NCBI RefSeq assembly: GCF_963921235.1
Contig: NC_086097.1
Location: 166,658,001-166,722,000 of the forward strand
DNA from: Mobula hypostoma
Taxonomy: Eukaryota
Direction: 5' to 3'
Length of the DNA: 64,000 nucleotides
Shown: positions 34,789 through 48,009 of the stretch, piece by piece
How positions within the stretch are numbered: position 1 is the stretch's first letter
Layout of the letters: each line of letters starts with the position of its first letter
Program-made: the position numbers and the translations under genes
The notes under the pieces: generated by a model
Seen by the model: only the letters and a program-made list of their open reading frames with translations
Told to the model about the DNA's origin: nothing
Database searches by the model: none

Positions 34789-37700
34789 CATTCAATCCTA
34801 GAATCATTTTCGTGAATCTCCTTTGAACTCTCTCCAGTTTCAGCACATCCCTTCTAAGATAGGGGGCCCAAAAATGCTCATAATTACATCCTTCCTTTTA
34901 TATTCTAGTCCTCTTGAAATTAATGCTAACATTACATTTGCCTTCCTTGCCACAGACTCAACCTGCAAATTAAACTTTAGGGAATCCTGGACAAGGACTC
35001 CCAAGTCCCTTTGCACCTCAGTTTTTTGTATTTTCTCTCCATTTAGGAAATAGTCAACACTTTCATTTCTTTTACCAAAGTGCATGGCTGTAAATTTCCC
35101 AACACTGTATTCCATCTTTTATTTCTTTGCCCATTCTCCTAATCTGTCTACGTCCTTCAGTAGCCTCTCTACTTCCTCAAAACTACCTGCCTCTGCACCT
35201 ACCTTCATATTATCTGCAAACTTTGTAACAAAGTCATCGATTTTAACATCCAAATCATTGACATATAATTTAATAAGAATTGGTCTCAACACAAAACCCC
35301 TATGAAACACCACTAGTCACTGGCAGCCAACCGGAAAAGGCTCCCCTCATTCCCACACTTTGCCTCCTGCCAATCAGCTACTGCTTCACCCATGCCAGAA
35401 ACTTTCCTGTAATACAGTACCATGGGCTCATAGCTTGTTAAGCAGCCTCTGAATATCCCAAGTACATAACATCAAGCAACTCTCCTTTGTCTGTCCTGCT
35501 TGTTATATCTTCAAAAAATTCGAACAGATTTGTCAGGCAAGATTTTCCCTTAAGGAAACCATGCTGACTATGGCCTATTTTATCATGTGCCTCCAAGTAC
35601 CCTGAGAGCACATCCTTGATAATCAACTCCAACATCTTCCCAACCACTGTCAGACTAAGTAGCCTATAGTTTTCTTTCTTCTGCCTCTCTTCCTTCTTGA
35701 AGATTGGAGAGACATTTGCAATTTCCCAGTCTTAAGAACTATTGCAGAATCTAGTGTTTCTTGAGAGATCATTACTAATGCCTCCACAATCTCTCCAGTC
35801 ACCCCTTTCAGAAGTCTGGGATGTACACTATCTGGACCAGGTGACTTATCTACCTTTAGACCTTTCAGTTTCCCAAGAACCTTCTGCTAGTTATGGTAAC
35901 TTCACACACTTCATGTCCCCTGACACCTGGAACTTCCACCCTACTGCTAGTGTCTTCCACAGTGAAAACTGATGCAAAATACTTATTCAGTTCATCTGCA
36001 ATTTCCTTGTTCCCCATTACTACCTCTCCAGCATCGTTTACAAGCAGTCTAATATCCACTGTCATCTCTCTTTTACACTTTTATGTATCTGAAGAACTTT
36101 TGGTACCCTCTTAAATATTATTGGCTAGCTTACTTTTGTATTCCATCTTTACCTTGTTAATGACTTTTCAGTTGCCATCTGTTGGTTTTTAAAAGATTTC
36201 CAATCCTCCAACTTCCCACTATTTTTTGCTCTATTATATGCCTTCTATTTGGCTTTTATGACAGTTTTGACTTCTCTTGTTAGCCACAGTTGTGTCATCT
36301 TTCCTTTAGAATGCTTTCTTCTCTTTGAGATGTATTTATCCTGTGCCTTCCGAATTACATCCAGAAATTCCAACCATTTCTGCTCTGCGGTCATCCCTGC
36401 CAGTGTTCTTTTCCAATCAATTCTGGCCAACTCCTCTCTATTGCCTCTGTAGTTCTCTTTACTCCACTGTAATACTGATACAGCTGTCTTTAGTTTCTCC
36501 TTCTCAATTTTCAGTGTGAATTCAATCATATTATGGTGGCTTTCCCCTAAGGGTTCTTTTACCTGAAGCTCTCTAATTAATTCTGTTCCATTGTCTAACA
36601 CCCAATTCGCAATAGCTGATCCTCAACCACCAGCTGCACTAAAAAGCCATCTCATAGGCACTCTAGAAATATACCCTCCTGTAATCCAACACCAACAAGA
36701 TTTTCCCAATCTACCTGCATATTGAAGTCCCCCATGCCTTTTGGTACGCATTTTTTAATCTCCCATTATAATTTGTAGGCCACATCCTTACTACTGCTTG
36801 GTGGTCTGTATACAACTCCCACCCATGTCTTTTTACTCTTACAGTTCCTTAGCTCTATCCACAATGATCCAACACCTTCCAAACCCATGTCACCTCCTTC
36901 TAATGATTTTTCATTTTTTTTTAATCAACAGAGCAATGCCACCCCCTCTGCCTCCCTGCCTGTCCTTTCGATACAATGTGGATTCTCAGTCATTAAGCTC
37001 CCAGCTATAATCTTTCAGCCATGATTCAGTGATGCCTACAACATCAAACCTGCTAATCTGCAACTGTGCTACAAGTACATCTACCTCATTCTGTATGTTG
37101 TGCGCATTGAGATACAACACCTTCAGTCCTGTATTCACCCTTTTTGATTTTGTTGTACCATGCTCAACCTTTTAATTCCTAACTTTGTCTGACGTCTTAC
37201 ATACATCTACCTCCACTGACAGTTCTGGCAGTCTGGTTCCCATCCCCCTACGACTTTAGTTTAAACCCTATCATTAACAAACCTTCCCGCTGGGTTATTA
37301 TACTTCTCCAGTTCAGGTGCAAACTGTCCCTTCTTTACAGGTTCCACCCTCCCTGGAAGAGAGCCCAATGATCCAAAAATCTTATGCCCTCCCTCCTACA
37401 CAAACACCTTAGCCACGTATTAAACGATATAATCTTTCTAGTTCTTGCCTCACTAGCACGTGGCATGATAGCAAACCTGAGATCACAACCCTGGAGATCC
37501 TTCCCTGTAACTTAGCACCCAACTCCTTGAACTCCCTATGCAAAGCCCCATCACTTGTCCTTCCCATGTTATTGGTACCTACATGGACCATGACTTCTAT
37601 CTGTTCACCCTCCCACTTAAGAATGCTGAGGTCTTGATACAAGGTATTCCGGACCCTGGTACTGGGAGCCAACATACTGGGAATCTCGTTCTCGCCCACA

Positions 37701-38549
37701 GAACTTCCTGTCTGTTCTCCTAACTAATGAGTCCCCTGTCACCACAGTGTGCTCCTTCTTCCCCCTTCCCTTCTGAGTTACAGAGGCAGACTCAGTGCCA
37801 GAGACCCAACCACTGCGACTTTCCTCTGTTTGGTCATTCCCCCCGACAGTATCTAAAGTGATGTACCTATTGTTGGGGGGGGGGATGGCCACAGGGGTAC
37901 TCTGTACTGGCTCCTTAACTTCTTTCCCCTTCCTGACTGTTACCCAATTTCCTGTCTCCTGTACCTTGGGTGTAACTACCTCTCTATATGTCCTGTCTAT
38001 CACACCCTCAGCCTCCTGAATAGTTCAGAGTTCATCCAATTTCAGCTCCAGCTCCTTAACACGGTTTCTTAGAAGCTGCAACTGGATGCACTTCTCACAG
38101 TTTCAGTGGTCAGGGATATTGGAGGTCTTCCTGCCTTCCTACATCCTGCAAGAGGAACATTTCACTATTCTGCCTGCTATCTGCAGAGCTGAGCAGATGT
38201 AAAGAAGAAAAGGAAAAAAACTCTAGCTTTCCTTTTCTTTGATTTCTCTAAGTGAAGCCCCTCTTCGCTGAAGCCTCAAAGAGCTAAAGCCTTAAGATCA
38301 CCACTCTGACTATGTCCACTCAGACGATGGCCACTGCGATGATGGCTGTCGCGCTTGCCCCTGCGTTCCTTTAACTTGCTTTTACTAATCAATCCCAAAC
38401 ACTGATTGGCTGCTGGTCAAAACTCTATTACGCTGCCACAAACCACTCCTGCCTTTTATCTTCGGACAGTGGACCTGTTCGAAGTCCAAACCTTCGATGT
38501 CCAGATTGGCTGCTGGTCAAAGCTTCAGTCATCATCTATTCTATCATCA

Positions 38550-40630
38550 CCTTTGGTGGTTGAGAGGTAGTAACTGTTCCTGAACCTGGTGGAGTGAGGC
38601 ATGAGGCTCCTGTACCTCCTTCCTGATGGCAGCAGTGAGGAGAGCATGTCTTGTGATGTGGGATCCCTGCTGGTGGATGCTGCTTTCCTGCAACAGCTCT
38701 CTGTTTAGATGTGCTCAATGGAAGGGGAGGGCTTTATCCTCGATGGACTGGGCCACATCGACCACTTTTTGTAGAATTTTCCGTTCAAGGGCATTGGTGT
38801 TTCCATACCAGGGTGGGATGCAACCAGTCAATGTATTATCTACTGCACATCTATAGAAGTTTGTCAAAGTATTAGAGGTCATGCCGGATCTTCACAAACT
38901 TCTAAGGAAGTCGGGGTGTTGCTGTGCTTTCTTCATAATGGCATTTACGTGCTGGGCCAAGGACAGGGTCTTCCGAAACGATAACATTGAAGAATTTAAA
39001 TTTGTTGACCCTCTCCACTTTTGAATCCCTGAAGAGGACTGCCTCATGGACCTCCAGTTTCCTCCTCTTGAAGTCAATAATCAGCTCCTTGGTCTTGCTG
39101 ACATCGAGTGAAAGGTGGTTATTGTGGCACCACTCAGCCACATTTTCAATATCCCTTCTGTACGCTGATTCACCTTTGACAGTGGTATCATCAACAAACT
39201 TTAATGTAGCATTGGAGCTGTGCTTAGCCACACAATCATAAGTGTAAACGAGTAGAGCAGGGGATAAGCACAGAGCCTTGTGGTGCACCTGTGTTGATGG
39301 GGATTATGGAGGAGATGTTGTTGTCAATCTAAACTGACTGAGGTCTGCAAGTGAGGAATTCAAAGGTCCAATTGAACAAGGAGGTACTGAGGCCAAGGTC
39401 TTGAAGCTTATTGATTAGTTTTCAGGGAATGATAATTTTGAATGCCAAGCTGTAGTCAGTAAAGAGCATTCTGATGAATGTACCTTTGCTGTATAGATGT
39501 TCCAGGGTTGAGTGAAGAGCCAGTGAAATGGCATCTACTGTGGACCTGTTGTGCCAGTAGGCAAACTGGAGCAGATCTAAGTTGTTTTTTTTCTGACAGG
39601 AGTTGATGTGTTCCACCATCAACCTCTCAAAGCCCTTCATTACAGTGGATGTAGATTAAATGCTATTGGTCAATAGTCACTGAGACAGGTTATCACATTC
39701 TTCTTAAGCACCAGTATAGTTGAGGCCTGCTTGAAGCAGGTAGGTACATCGGAGCGCCAAAGTGAGAGGTTATGAACATTCCAGCCAGATGATCAGTAGA
39801 GGTCTTCAGTACTCCGCCAAATACCCCGTCTGGGCTGGATGCTTTCCATGGGTCGACCTTCTAGATGGATTCTCTCATGTCAACCTCAGAACCTGAAATA
39901 ACAGGGTCACTGAGGGCTGTGGGATTTTGTGAAGGTTCTTCCATGTTTTGATAGTGAAAGCCAACACAGAAGATATTCAGGTTATCTGGGAGCGAAGCCC
40001 TGTTGTCACCAATGTCGCTTGATTTCACTTTGTAAGACAGCATTCAAGCCCTGCCACAGCTGTCTTGCATCCTTCAGCGAATCAAGTTTAGTCCAGAAAT
40101 GGCACTTTGTCCACAAGGTGACTTTCTCGAGAACGTACCTGGACCTCTTGTATCTTACTTGGTCACTAGACCTGAATGTGTTGAATCTGGCCCTCATCAG
40201 ATTGCAGATCTCCTGGTTCATCCAGGGCTTCTGGTTGGGGAAGGCTGAGTGAGTTTTTGGGGACACACTCGTCTAAAACACACTTGTTTTTATGAAGTCC
40301 GTGACAAGTGTGGTATATATACTGATGAGTCCATGAACACGGCCCAGTACACAGCCTCAAAGCAATCCCATAGCTGTTCCTTTGGTTCCCTCAACCACCA
40401 TTTTGTCATCCTTACCTCTGGAGCTTTGCTCTTTCGCCTCTGCCTATACACAGGTAGGAGAAGGATCAGATTTCCTGAAATGTGGTCCTGGCATGGAACA
40501 GTCAGCATTCCTTATCATAGTATAGCAGCAGTCTAGTGTACTGGGACCGCTGGTGCTGCAGGTTATATTCTAATTGTAATTAGGCATTGATATCTTCAAA
40601 CAAACCTGGTTAAAGTCCCCGACAGTAGTT
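38550..40630 (-). mobile_element. Decayed Rex1/Babar-type LINE; its 3' part continues at about 33820-34105, beyond the nested CR1
   Basis: Fragments KFVDDTTV, WCHNNHLSLDVSKTKELIIDF, LQFAYWHNRST and FPNQKPWMN. Confidence 0.85.
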
Positions 40631-40631
40631 G

Positions 40632-40772
40632 CTACCTGTGTGTGAGTTTGCACGTTCTTCCTGTAACAGCATGCATTTCCTCTGAGTAGCTCCAGTTTCT
40701 TCCCACATCCAAAGTTGTGTTGGTTGGAAGGTCATGGTAAATTACTCCCTTCATGTGAGTTAGTGGTAGAAT
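40632..40772 (+). mobile_element. V-SINE (HE1-like) core fragment; related copies at about 29250-29400, 32272-32500 and 33195-33290
   Basis: gagtttgcacgttc...tttcctc...gctccagtttcttcccacatccaaag resembles the V-domain consensus as I recall it. Confidence 0.65.
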
Positions 40773-41424
40773 GGGTGAGCAGGTGGTAGAATGGGTGAGC
40801 TGATGGTAGAATGGGTGAGCTGATGGTAGAATGAGTGAGCGGGTGCTGGAATGGGTGAGCTGGTGGTAGAATGGGTGAGCGGGTGCTGGAATGGGTGAGC
40901 GGGTGGTGGAATGGGTGAGCTGATGGTAGAATGGGTGAGTGGGTGGTAAAATTGGTGAGCGGGTGGTAGAATGGGTGAGCTGATGGTAGACTGGGTGAGC
41001 GGGTGGTGGAATGGGTGAGCGGGTGGTGGAATGGGTGAGCTGGTGGTGGAATGGGTGAGCGGGTGCTGGATTGGGTGAGCGGGTGCTGGAATGGGTGAGC
41101 TGGTGGTGGAATGGGTGAGCGGGTGCTGGAGTGGTTGAGCTGGTGGTGGAATGGGTGAGTGGGTGCTGGAATGGGTGAGCTGGCGGTGGAATGGGTGAGC
41201 GGGTGCTGGAATGGGTGTATGGGTGGTGGAATGGGTGAGCGGGTGGTGGAATGGGTGAATGGGTGGTAGAATGGGTGCGCAAGTGGTAGAATGGGTGAGC
41301 GGGTGGTAGAATGGGTGAGCGGGTGGTAGAATGGGTGTACGGGTGGTAGAATGGGTGAGCGAGTGGTAGAACGGGTGAGCGAGTGGTAGAACGGGTGACC
41401 GAGTGGTAGAATTGTGAGCAGGTG
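40755..41424. repeat. G-rich minisatellite, about 33 x 20 bp
   Basis: Unit GGGTGGTAGAATGGGTGAGC with point variants. Confidence 0.97.
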
Positions 41425-41895
41425 AAAGAATTTTCTACTTCCCAGTTAATTCACTTGAAGCTTTTCTTCTCAATTTGCCCATTTCCACAGCGAGTAGCTA
41501 CAATTTTCCTCAACTGTTCAGATGGACTTCATTTATAGGGAAGATTAAAAACTAGGATTCAGCCCCAGGTCTGTGAGGTGGGCAGGTAAACCAACAGTTA
41601 ACAGTGTAATCATCATTCATTCCATTAGCAATTTTGCATCAATAGTATTGACTGTGTTCCAATCAGCCTACAAAATTTTAGCTCTGAGGGATGATTGAGA
41701 AGAGAGTGGCTGTTTTCTTTAGCAAGGAGTTGATGGACACTTAATTGAAGTGCATAAAATTTTGTGAGATCCAGAAAGAGAAAATACAGAGGACTATTCT
41801 TTTGGAGAAAGGGTCAAACACCCTGGAGCATAAGAGATGGTCAGGATCTCTTTTCTTCCCTGCCAACCATTCAATTGGCTACCCTTGATCAGGTA

Positions 41896-43775
41896 CAGTG
41901 CCAATAAGAAGTATTCACTCGCCCTTCCCTTGGAAGTTTTTGTGTTTTATTGTTTTACAACATTGAATCACAGTGGATTTAATGTGGCTTTTTTGCCATA
42001 TTAGATGAGTCCACGGCCAGATCAGCCATAATCTAATTGAATGGCAGAGCAGGTTCAACAGTTGGCCTACTCCTGCTCCTACTTCTTATGTTCTGACATT
42101 TTGACACTCATGAACAGAAAAAGACTCTCCTGTGCCAAAGTTAAAACAGATCTCCACAAAGTGATCCAAATTAATTACAAATATATAACACAAAAAAATT
42201 GATTGCATAAGTATTCACCCCCCCCCCTTAATATAGCACACCAAATCATCACTGGTGCAACCAACTGGTTTCACAAGTCACATAATTAGTTAAATCGAGC
42301 TCTGTTTTTGGAGATCTATGTGTAGTCAAGGTGTTTCAATTAATTGTAGTAAAAATACTCCTGTATCAGAAAGGTCTAGCTGCTGGTGAGTCAGTATCCT
42401 GGCAAAAACTACACCATGAAGACAAAAGAACATTCCAAGTAACTCCGTGAGAAGGTTATTGAAAAGTATAAGTCAGGAGATGGAGACAAGAAAATTTCCA
42501 AGTGACTGAATATCCCTTGGAGTACAGTTAAGTCAATCATCAAGAAATGGAAATAATATGACACAGCTGTAAATCTGCCTAGGGCAAGCCATAGAACCAT
42601 AGAACACTACAGCACAGAAAACAGGCCATTCGGCCCTTCTAGTCTGTGCCAAAACATTATTCCGCTAGTCCCATTGACCTGCATCCAATCCATAACCCTC
42701 CAGACCTCTCCCATCCATGTACCTATCCAATTTATTCTTAAAACTTAAGAGTGAGCCTGCATTTACCACGTCAGATGGCAGCTCGTTCCTCAAAAACCGA
42801 GTGGCCGTGCAAGAAGGTGACTAGTGAGGGAGGCCACCCAGAGACCTTTGACAACTCTGGAAGAGTTACAAGCTTCAGTGGCTGAGATGAGAGAGACTGT
42901 CGATACAACAACTGTTGCCTGGGTGCTTTACCAGTCACAGCTTTATGCAAAAGTGGCAAAGAGAAAGCCACTGTTGAAAAAAAAAGTTTGCCAGAAGGCA
43001 TGTACGGACTCTTAAGTCAGGTGGAAGAAGGCTCTATGGTCTGATGAAACCAAAATTGAGCGTTTTGGCCATCAGACTAAACGCTATGTTTGATGTAAGC
43101 CAAATACCGCACATCATCAGAAACATACCATCCCTACCGTGAATCATGGTAGTGGCTGCATCAGGCTGTGGGGATGTTTCACTGCAGCAGGCCCTGGAAG
43201 GCTTGTGAAGGTAGAGGGTAAAATGAATACTGCAAAATACAGGGAAATCCAGGAGGAAAACCTAACGCAGTCTGCAAGAGAAATGTGACTTGGGAGAAGA
43301 TTTGTTTTCCAGCAAGTCAATGACCCCAAGCATAAAGCCAAAGCTACACAAGAATGGCTTAAAAACAACAAAATTAATGTCCTAGAGTGGCCAAGTCAGG
43401 GTCCAGACCTCAATCCAATTGAGAATTTGTGGCTGGACTTGAAAAGGGCTGTTCACTCACAATCCCCATGCAATCTGACAGAGTTTAAGCAGCTTTGTAA
43501 AGAAGAATGGGGAAAAATTGCATCATCTAGATGAGCAAAGCTGATAGAACCCTATCCACACAGACTCAAGGCTGTAATTGCTGCCAGAGGCACATCTACT
43601 AAATACTGACTTGAAGCGAGTGAATACTTATGCAATCAATTATCTTGTGTGTTATATTTGTGATTAATTCAGAGAACTGTTCTCACTTTGACATGAAAGA
43701 GTCTTTTCTGTTGATCGGTGTAAAAAAAGCCAAATTAAATCCACTGTGATTCAATGTTGAAAAACAATAAAACGT
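41896..43775 (+). mobile_element. Decayed Tc1-like (IR/DR-type) DNA transposon; transposase pseudogene at about 42416-43609
   Basis: TA|CAGTG left end; long inverted repeats (acattgaatcacagtggatttaa versus ttaaatccactgtgattcaatgt); internal gtattcac/gtgaatac repeats; [27 protein letters not shown] and [15 protein letters not shown] motifs with stops; right terminus eroded; CR1 3'-end inserts at about 41997-42095 and 42589-42789. Confidence 0.92.
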
Positions 43776-44613
43776 GGGGGTCGGGGGAGCTCAAACAGTG
43801 GTGGTCTACTGTCAAGTGAAGCCAACTGCTTGCTTTAAAACCTAGTGAGAAAACGTGGTTGATTCTAGACTGCGACTTTGGCTTATATCATGAACTTCCC
43901 CTGGGGCATTCTAGCCTTTGTCTACATGGTCACATCATAGTCCATTAAAAGTAACCGTAACCTTGAGCTACAACAAGCAAGATGCTGGAGAAACTCTGTG
44001 GGTCAGGCCTGACCTGTTGTGTTCCTTCAGCACACCCTGTTCATTCCTCCAAATTCTAGCATCTGCATCCCTGTGTCTCGGCCTTGTTTCTGACTTCAAT
44101 TTTCTTCTAAAATTCCCACAAGGAAGACATAAGTGGCCCTGAAACATTATCTCTGATCTTCTCACCACAGATGTTGCCTGACCCACATGTGCACAATCTT
44201 GCTTTTGTAACATGGATATTGACTGGTTTCAGCTTTGCCCTGAGACTTGTTCCATAGCATATTACTGATCGAAATGACACATTCCTTAAAAATGTTGGGA
44301 TGATTGCGAGGATTTAACTACATGTACTGAAAGATACAGGTGAAATATGGACCCAGGTAAAATGTATTAGCTGAGCTTTATTTAAATTACATCTAACTCA
44401 GGAAGTTGTCATATTGGAAAGAAGGAAAGATATCAGATTTCAAGAATATTTATAGCCCTTAGTAAAATATTAACAAAAGCACCCATAAATGTCCAGTTTT
44501 ACAATTTGTGTAATAGAATCTTTAATATTGAAAGTATTGTCCTCAATTCAGTGTTTTAAATGAGGGGAAGTAACAAAATCAATTGGTTAAATTTTTCAAG
44601 CTGATGGGTGTAT

Positions 44614-45541
44614 TGTGAGGGAATCCAGGAGTGCCCCTATTAGCTGTTTGAAAAGAGACAGAGAGAGACATTCATCATTGATGGGTTGTTTGAAAAGAGA
44701 GAGAGAGATGAAGATTAACGGTTGGACTGTCACTTTAAGGCATTGGAAGTAACTTTGGATTTCTACTGAGTTGGGTTTGGAGACAGCACCGAGCAGCTCG
44801 AAAGTTGCTATAGTGACCGACAGCACATTATTGATGTTACTTTCAAGGACTTGTTGCCTGCTTGTGCATTTCTTCACAGACAAAGGAAGGAGGGACTCTT
44901 TGAATGACAGGTGATGCTCAGCCTGGTGAAATAAATGGGAGGTCAGATGATACAGACCTCAGACATATGATCCGGACACTGAATGAACATTGTTGTGCCC
45001 GCAGAGAAAGTGGGTTTTGGAGGATCGATCAGGCGGATCGATCTAAATTGCTATTCCAGCGGTGAAGAAGGGGTTGACTGATGGGGAGTTGTCTATGTGT
45101 CCACCCTTGCCGGGGTGATAGCTCCATCACAGGAAAAATGGTCCCCCAGTTAAAGTCACAGTCGGTGACTTGTGAAGGATTTCGGAGGACGACGAGAAGA
45201 TCGACGGCATCAGCTCACCTGAAGACTCAACTCTCTCTCTCTCACTCTCTCTCACTCTCCATCACTACTCAACTAAATACCACAAACTGAACTGAACTAA
45301 ACTTACTCAACATCGTAAGACTGTATCTTTTTACCCCTAGACTTAAAGAAGTTTGGTTTTTCATACATATATATTCCACACTTATTTTTATATATAATCA
45401 TTGCTAACCTGTTTGATTTATTTACATTGATATGACTGTATTGCGTAATTACCAATAAATATTAGTAGGTCATAGCAATATGAGACTCCAAAGTGTTTTC
45501 TATTTCTGCCGGTTCTTTATCCCCGTCAGGGGTACGTGACA
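44614..45541 (+). mobile_element. Solo LTR (928 bp), probably Gypsy-type
   Basis: TG...CA termini (TGTGAGG...GTGACA) flanked by a 4-bp direct repeat GTAT (44610-44613 / 45542-45545); AATAAA near 45454; no coding content. Confidence 0.75.
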
Positions 45542-45669
45542 GTATGGTATATTGTTTTAAATTACTGTTGAATCTGATCAATTGATCCCCATGTGGATCA
45601 GGACACAAAATTATACTTAAATCAATCTGTCCTTATATTTTTGCAAATCTTGTATTAATATACTCTGTC

Positions 45670-47795
45670 CTTGAGCACATCAACAAGTGTGTAGATAGAG
45701 TGACATCACAAAAACAAATAAAAGTTTTCCCCAATCAGAAATCATGGACGATCAGAAAAGTTTGTCTCCTGCTCAAAGCCAGAGATACAGCCTTCAGGTC
45801 TGGAGACCGGGAGGCTTACAGCTCAGCCAGGGCCAACCTGAGGAGGGGAATCTCTCAGGCTAAACACATATACAAACAGAGAATCGAGGAGCATTTCAAC
45901 TCTTCGGACCCCCGGCACATGTGGCATGGCATACAGGTCATTTCCGACTTCAAACCACCTAGTACTGTGCCCCTTTCCAGCTCTGCTTCCCTCCCTGATG
46001 AGCTCAATTACTTCTACGCTCGCTTTGACCGAGAGAACAAGGAGGTCACCCTCAAAGCGGATCTCCCACCTGGTGAACTGCCTCTCTCACTTTCCACCTC
46101 CGATGTTTACGCCACCCTGAGCAGGGTGAATGTATGGAAGGCAGCTGGTCCGGATGGAATACCTGGCCGTGTGCTCAGAGTCTGTGCAGGGTAGTTGGCC
46201 GGGGTCTTCACGGACATTTTTAATCTGTCCCTGGCCCAGGCGGTTGTCCCCACAAGCTTCAAGATCGTCACCATCGTGCCAGTGCCGAAGCATTCCACTG
46301 CCAAGGGCCTGAATGACTTCTGTCCAGTTGCACTCACCCCCATCATTGCAAAGTGCTTTAAGGGACTGGTTCCATCACATCTAAAATCCTGTCTGCCCAC
46401 TACCCCGGACCTATCAATTAGCCTATTGCACCAACAGGTCAACAGAGGATGCTATCTCCACAGCACTTCACTCTGCCCTGACCCACCTGGACAGCCCCAA
46501 CTCTTACGTCAGAATGCTGTTCATTGACTTCAGTTCAATATTCAATACTGTCGTTCCCTCCAAGCTGATCACCAAACTTCGCCGGCTTGGTATCAGCTCA
46601 TCCCTCTGCAATTGGACCTTGGACTTTCTGACTAACAAAACCCAATCAGTTAAGTTAGACAACCTCTCCTCCTCCACTCTCACCCTGAACACCGGCATAA
46701 GAGACTACTAGACAGGTATATGGAGGAATCTAAGGTGGGGGCTTATATGGGAGGCAGGGTTTGAGGGTCAGCACAACACTGTGGGCTGAAGGGCCTGTAC
46801 TGTGCTGTACTATTCTATGTTCTACGCCTCAAGGCTGTGTGCTGAGCCCTCTTCTGTACTCCCTTTTCACCTATCACTGTGTTCCTGTACATGGTTCTAA
46901 CTCCATAATCAAGTTTGCAGAAGACACCACGATGGTTGGCCTGATCAGAGGGGGTGATGAGACGGCCTACAGGGACAAGGTCCAGCACCTGGCCGCATGT
47001 TGTGCCGACAACAACCTGGCCCTTAACACCCAGAAGACCAAGGAGATCATTGTGGACTTCAGGCATGCTAGGAGCCACACTCACGTCCCCAGCTACATCA
47101 ACGGAGCTGTAGTGGAGCGTGTACCAAGCTTCGAATTCCTTTGTATCCACGTTTCTGAGGATTTCACCTGGTCCCTGAACTCCTCCATCCTGATCAAAAA
47201 GGCACAACAGTGCCTTTATTTCCTGTGGAGCATGAAGAAAGCTCACCTCTGTCCCAGGATACTGACGGACTTTTACCGCTGTACCATTGAGAGCATACTC
47301 ACCAACTGCATCTCAGTGTGGTATGGCAATTGTCCCGTATCGGACCGCAAAGCACTCCAGCGTGTGGTGAAAACTGCCCAGTGGATTATCGTCACCCAAT
47401 TGCCCACCATTGAGAACATCTACCATAAACACTGCCTGGGCAGAGCGAAAAGCATTATCAAGGATGCATCTCACTCTAACCATGGACTCTTTACTCTCCT
47501 CCCATCCGGTAGGCGCTACAGGAGCCTCCACTCCCACACCAGCAGGCACAGGAAGAGCTTCTTCCCTGAGGCTGTGACCCTGCTGAACCTCACATCACAG
47601 CGCTAAGCAGTATTGCACCGATATTGTACTGTCTCAGTACTTTTATATTTGTGTGCTGTAGCACTTACTTTTTATTCACAGTTATTTTGTAAATAACACT
47701 ATTCTTTGCATTTCTGGTTGGATGCTAACTGCATTTCATTGGCTTTGTATCTGTACTCGACACAATGACAATAAAGTTGAATCTAATCTAATCTA
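45670..47795 (+). mobile_element. Rex1/Babar-type LINE (RT region, a few stops and frameshifts) with (AATCT)n tail
   Basis: [57 protein letters not shown]; tail aataaagttgaatctaatctaatct; CR1 3'-end insert at 46698-46824. Confidence 0.92.
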
Positions 47796-48009
47796 TCTGG
47801 AATTTTCCTTAGTTATACTGTATTTTATCTGGTAAAATTCACCTTAAACCAATGAAAATTGTAAAATGAGGTTGCTGAATTTTAAGTGCAAATTAACATT
47901 CTGTGGAAGTTGAGCTTTCACAGTCTTTTGCATTCAAAAACATGCAATAGAAGCTAGTAGAATAAATAAATGCAAAATGCAATGGTAGATGGTAACTACC
48001 AAAACAGAG

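Larger units (their letters stand above)
34115..38525 (-). mobile_element. Old, near full-length CR1 LINE (5'UTR, ORF1 with Cys motif and esterase part, decayed ORF2)
   Basis: ORF1 remnants 37409-38003 (HVGTNN, VISGLL) and CSSCRM near 38150; ORF2 remnants 34146-36601 ([19 protein letters not shown]); interrupted by a fold-back element at 34564-34788. Confidence 0.9.

Noticed and set aside
40632..41282. 216-aa His/Pro/Thr-rich ORF
   Set aside because: It is the translation of the 20-bp minisatellite, with no splice or homology support.
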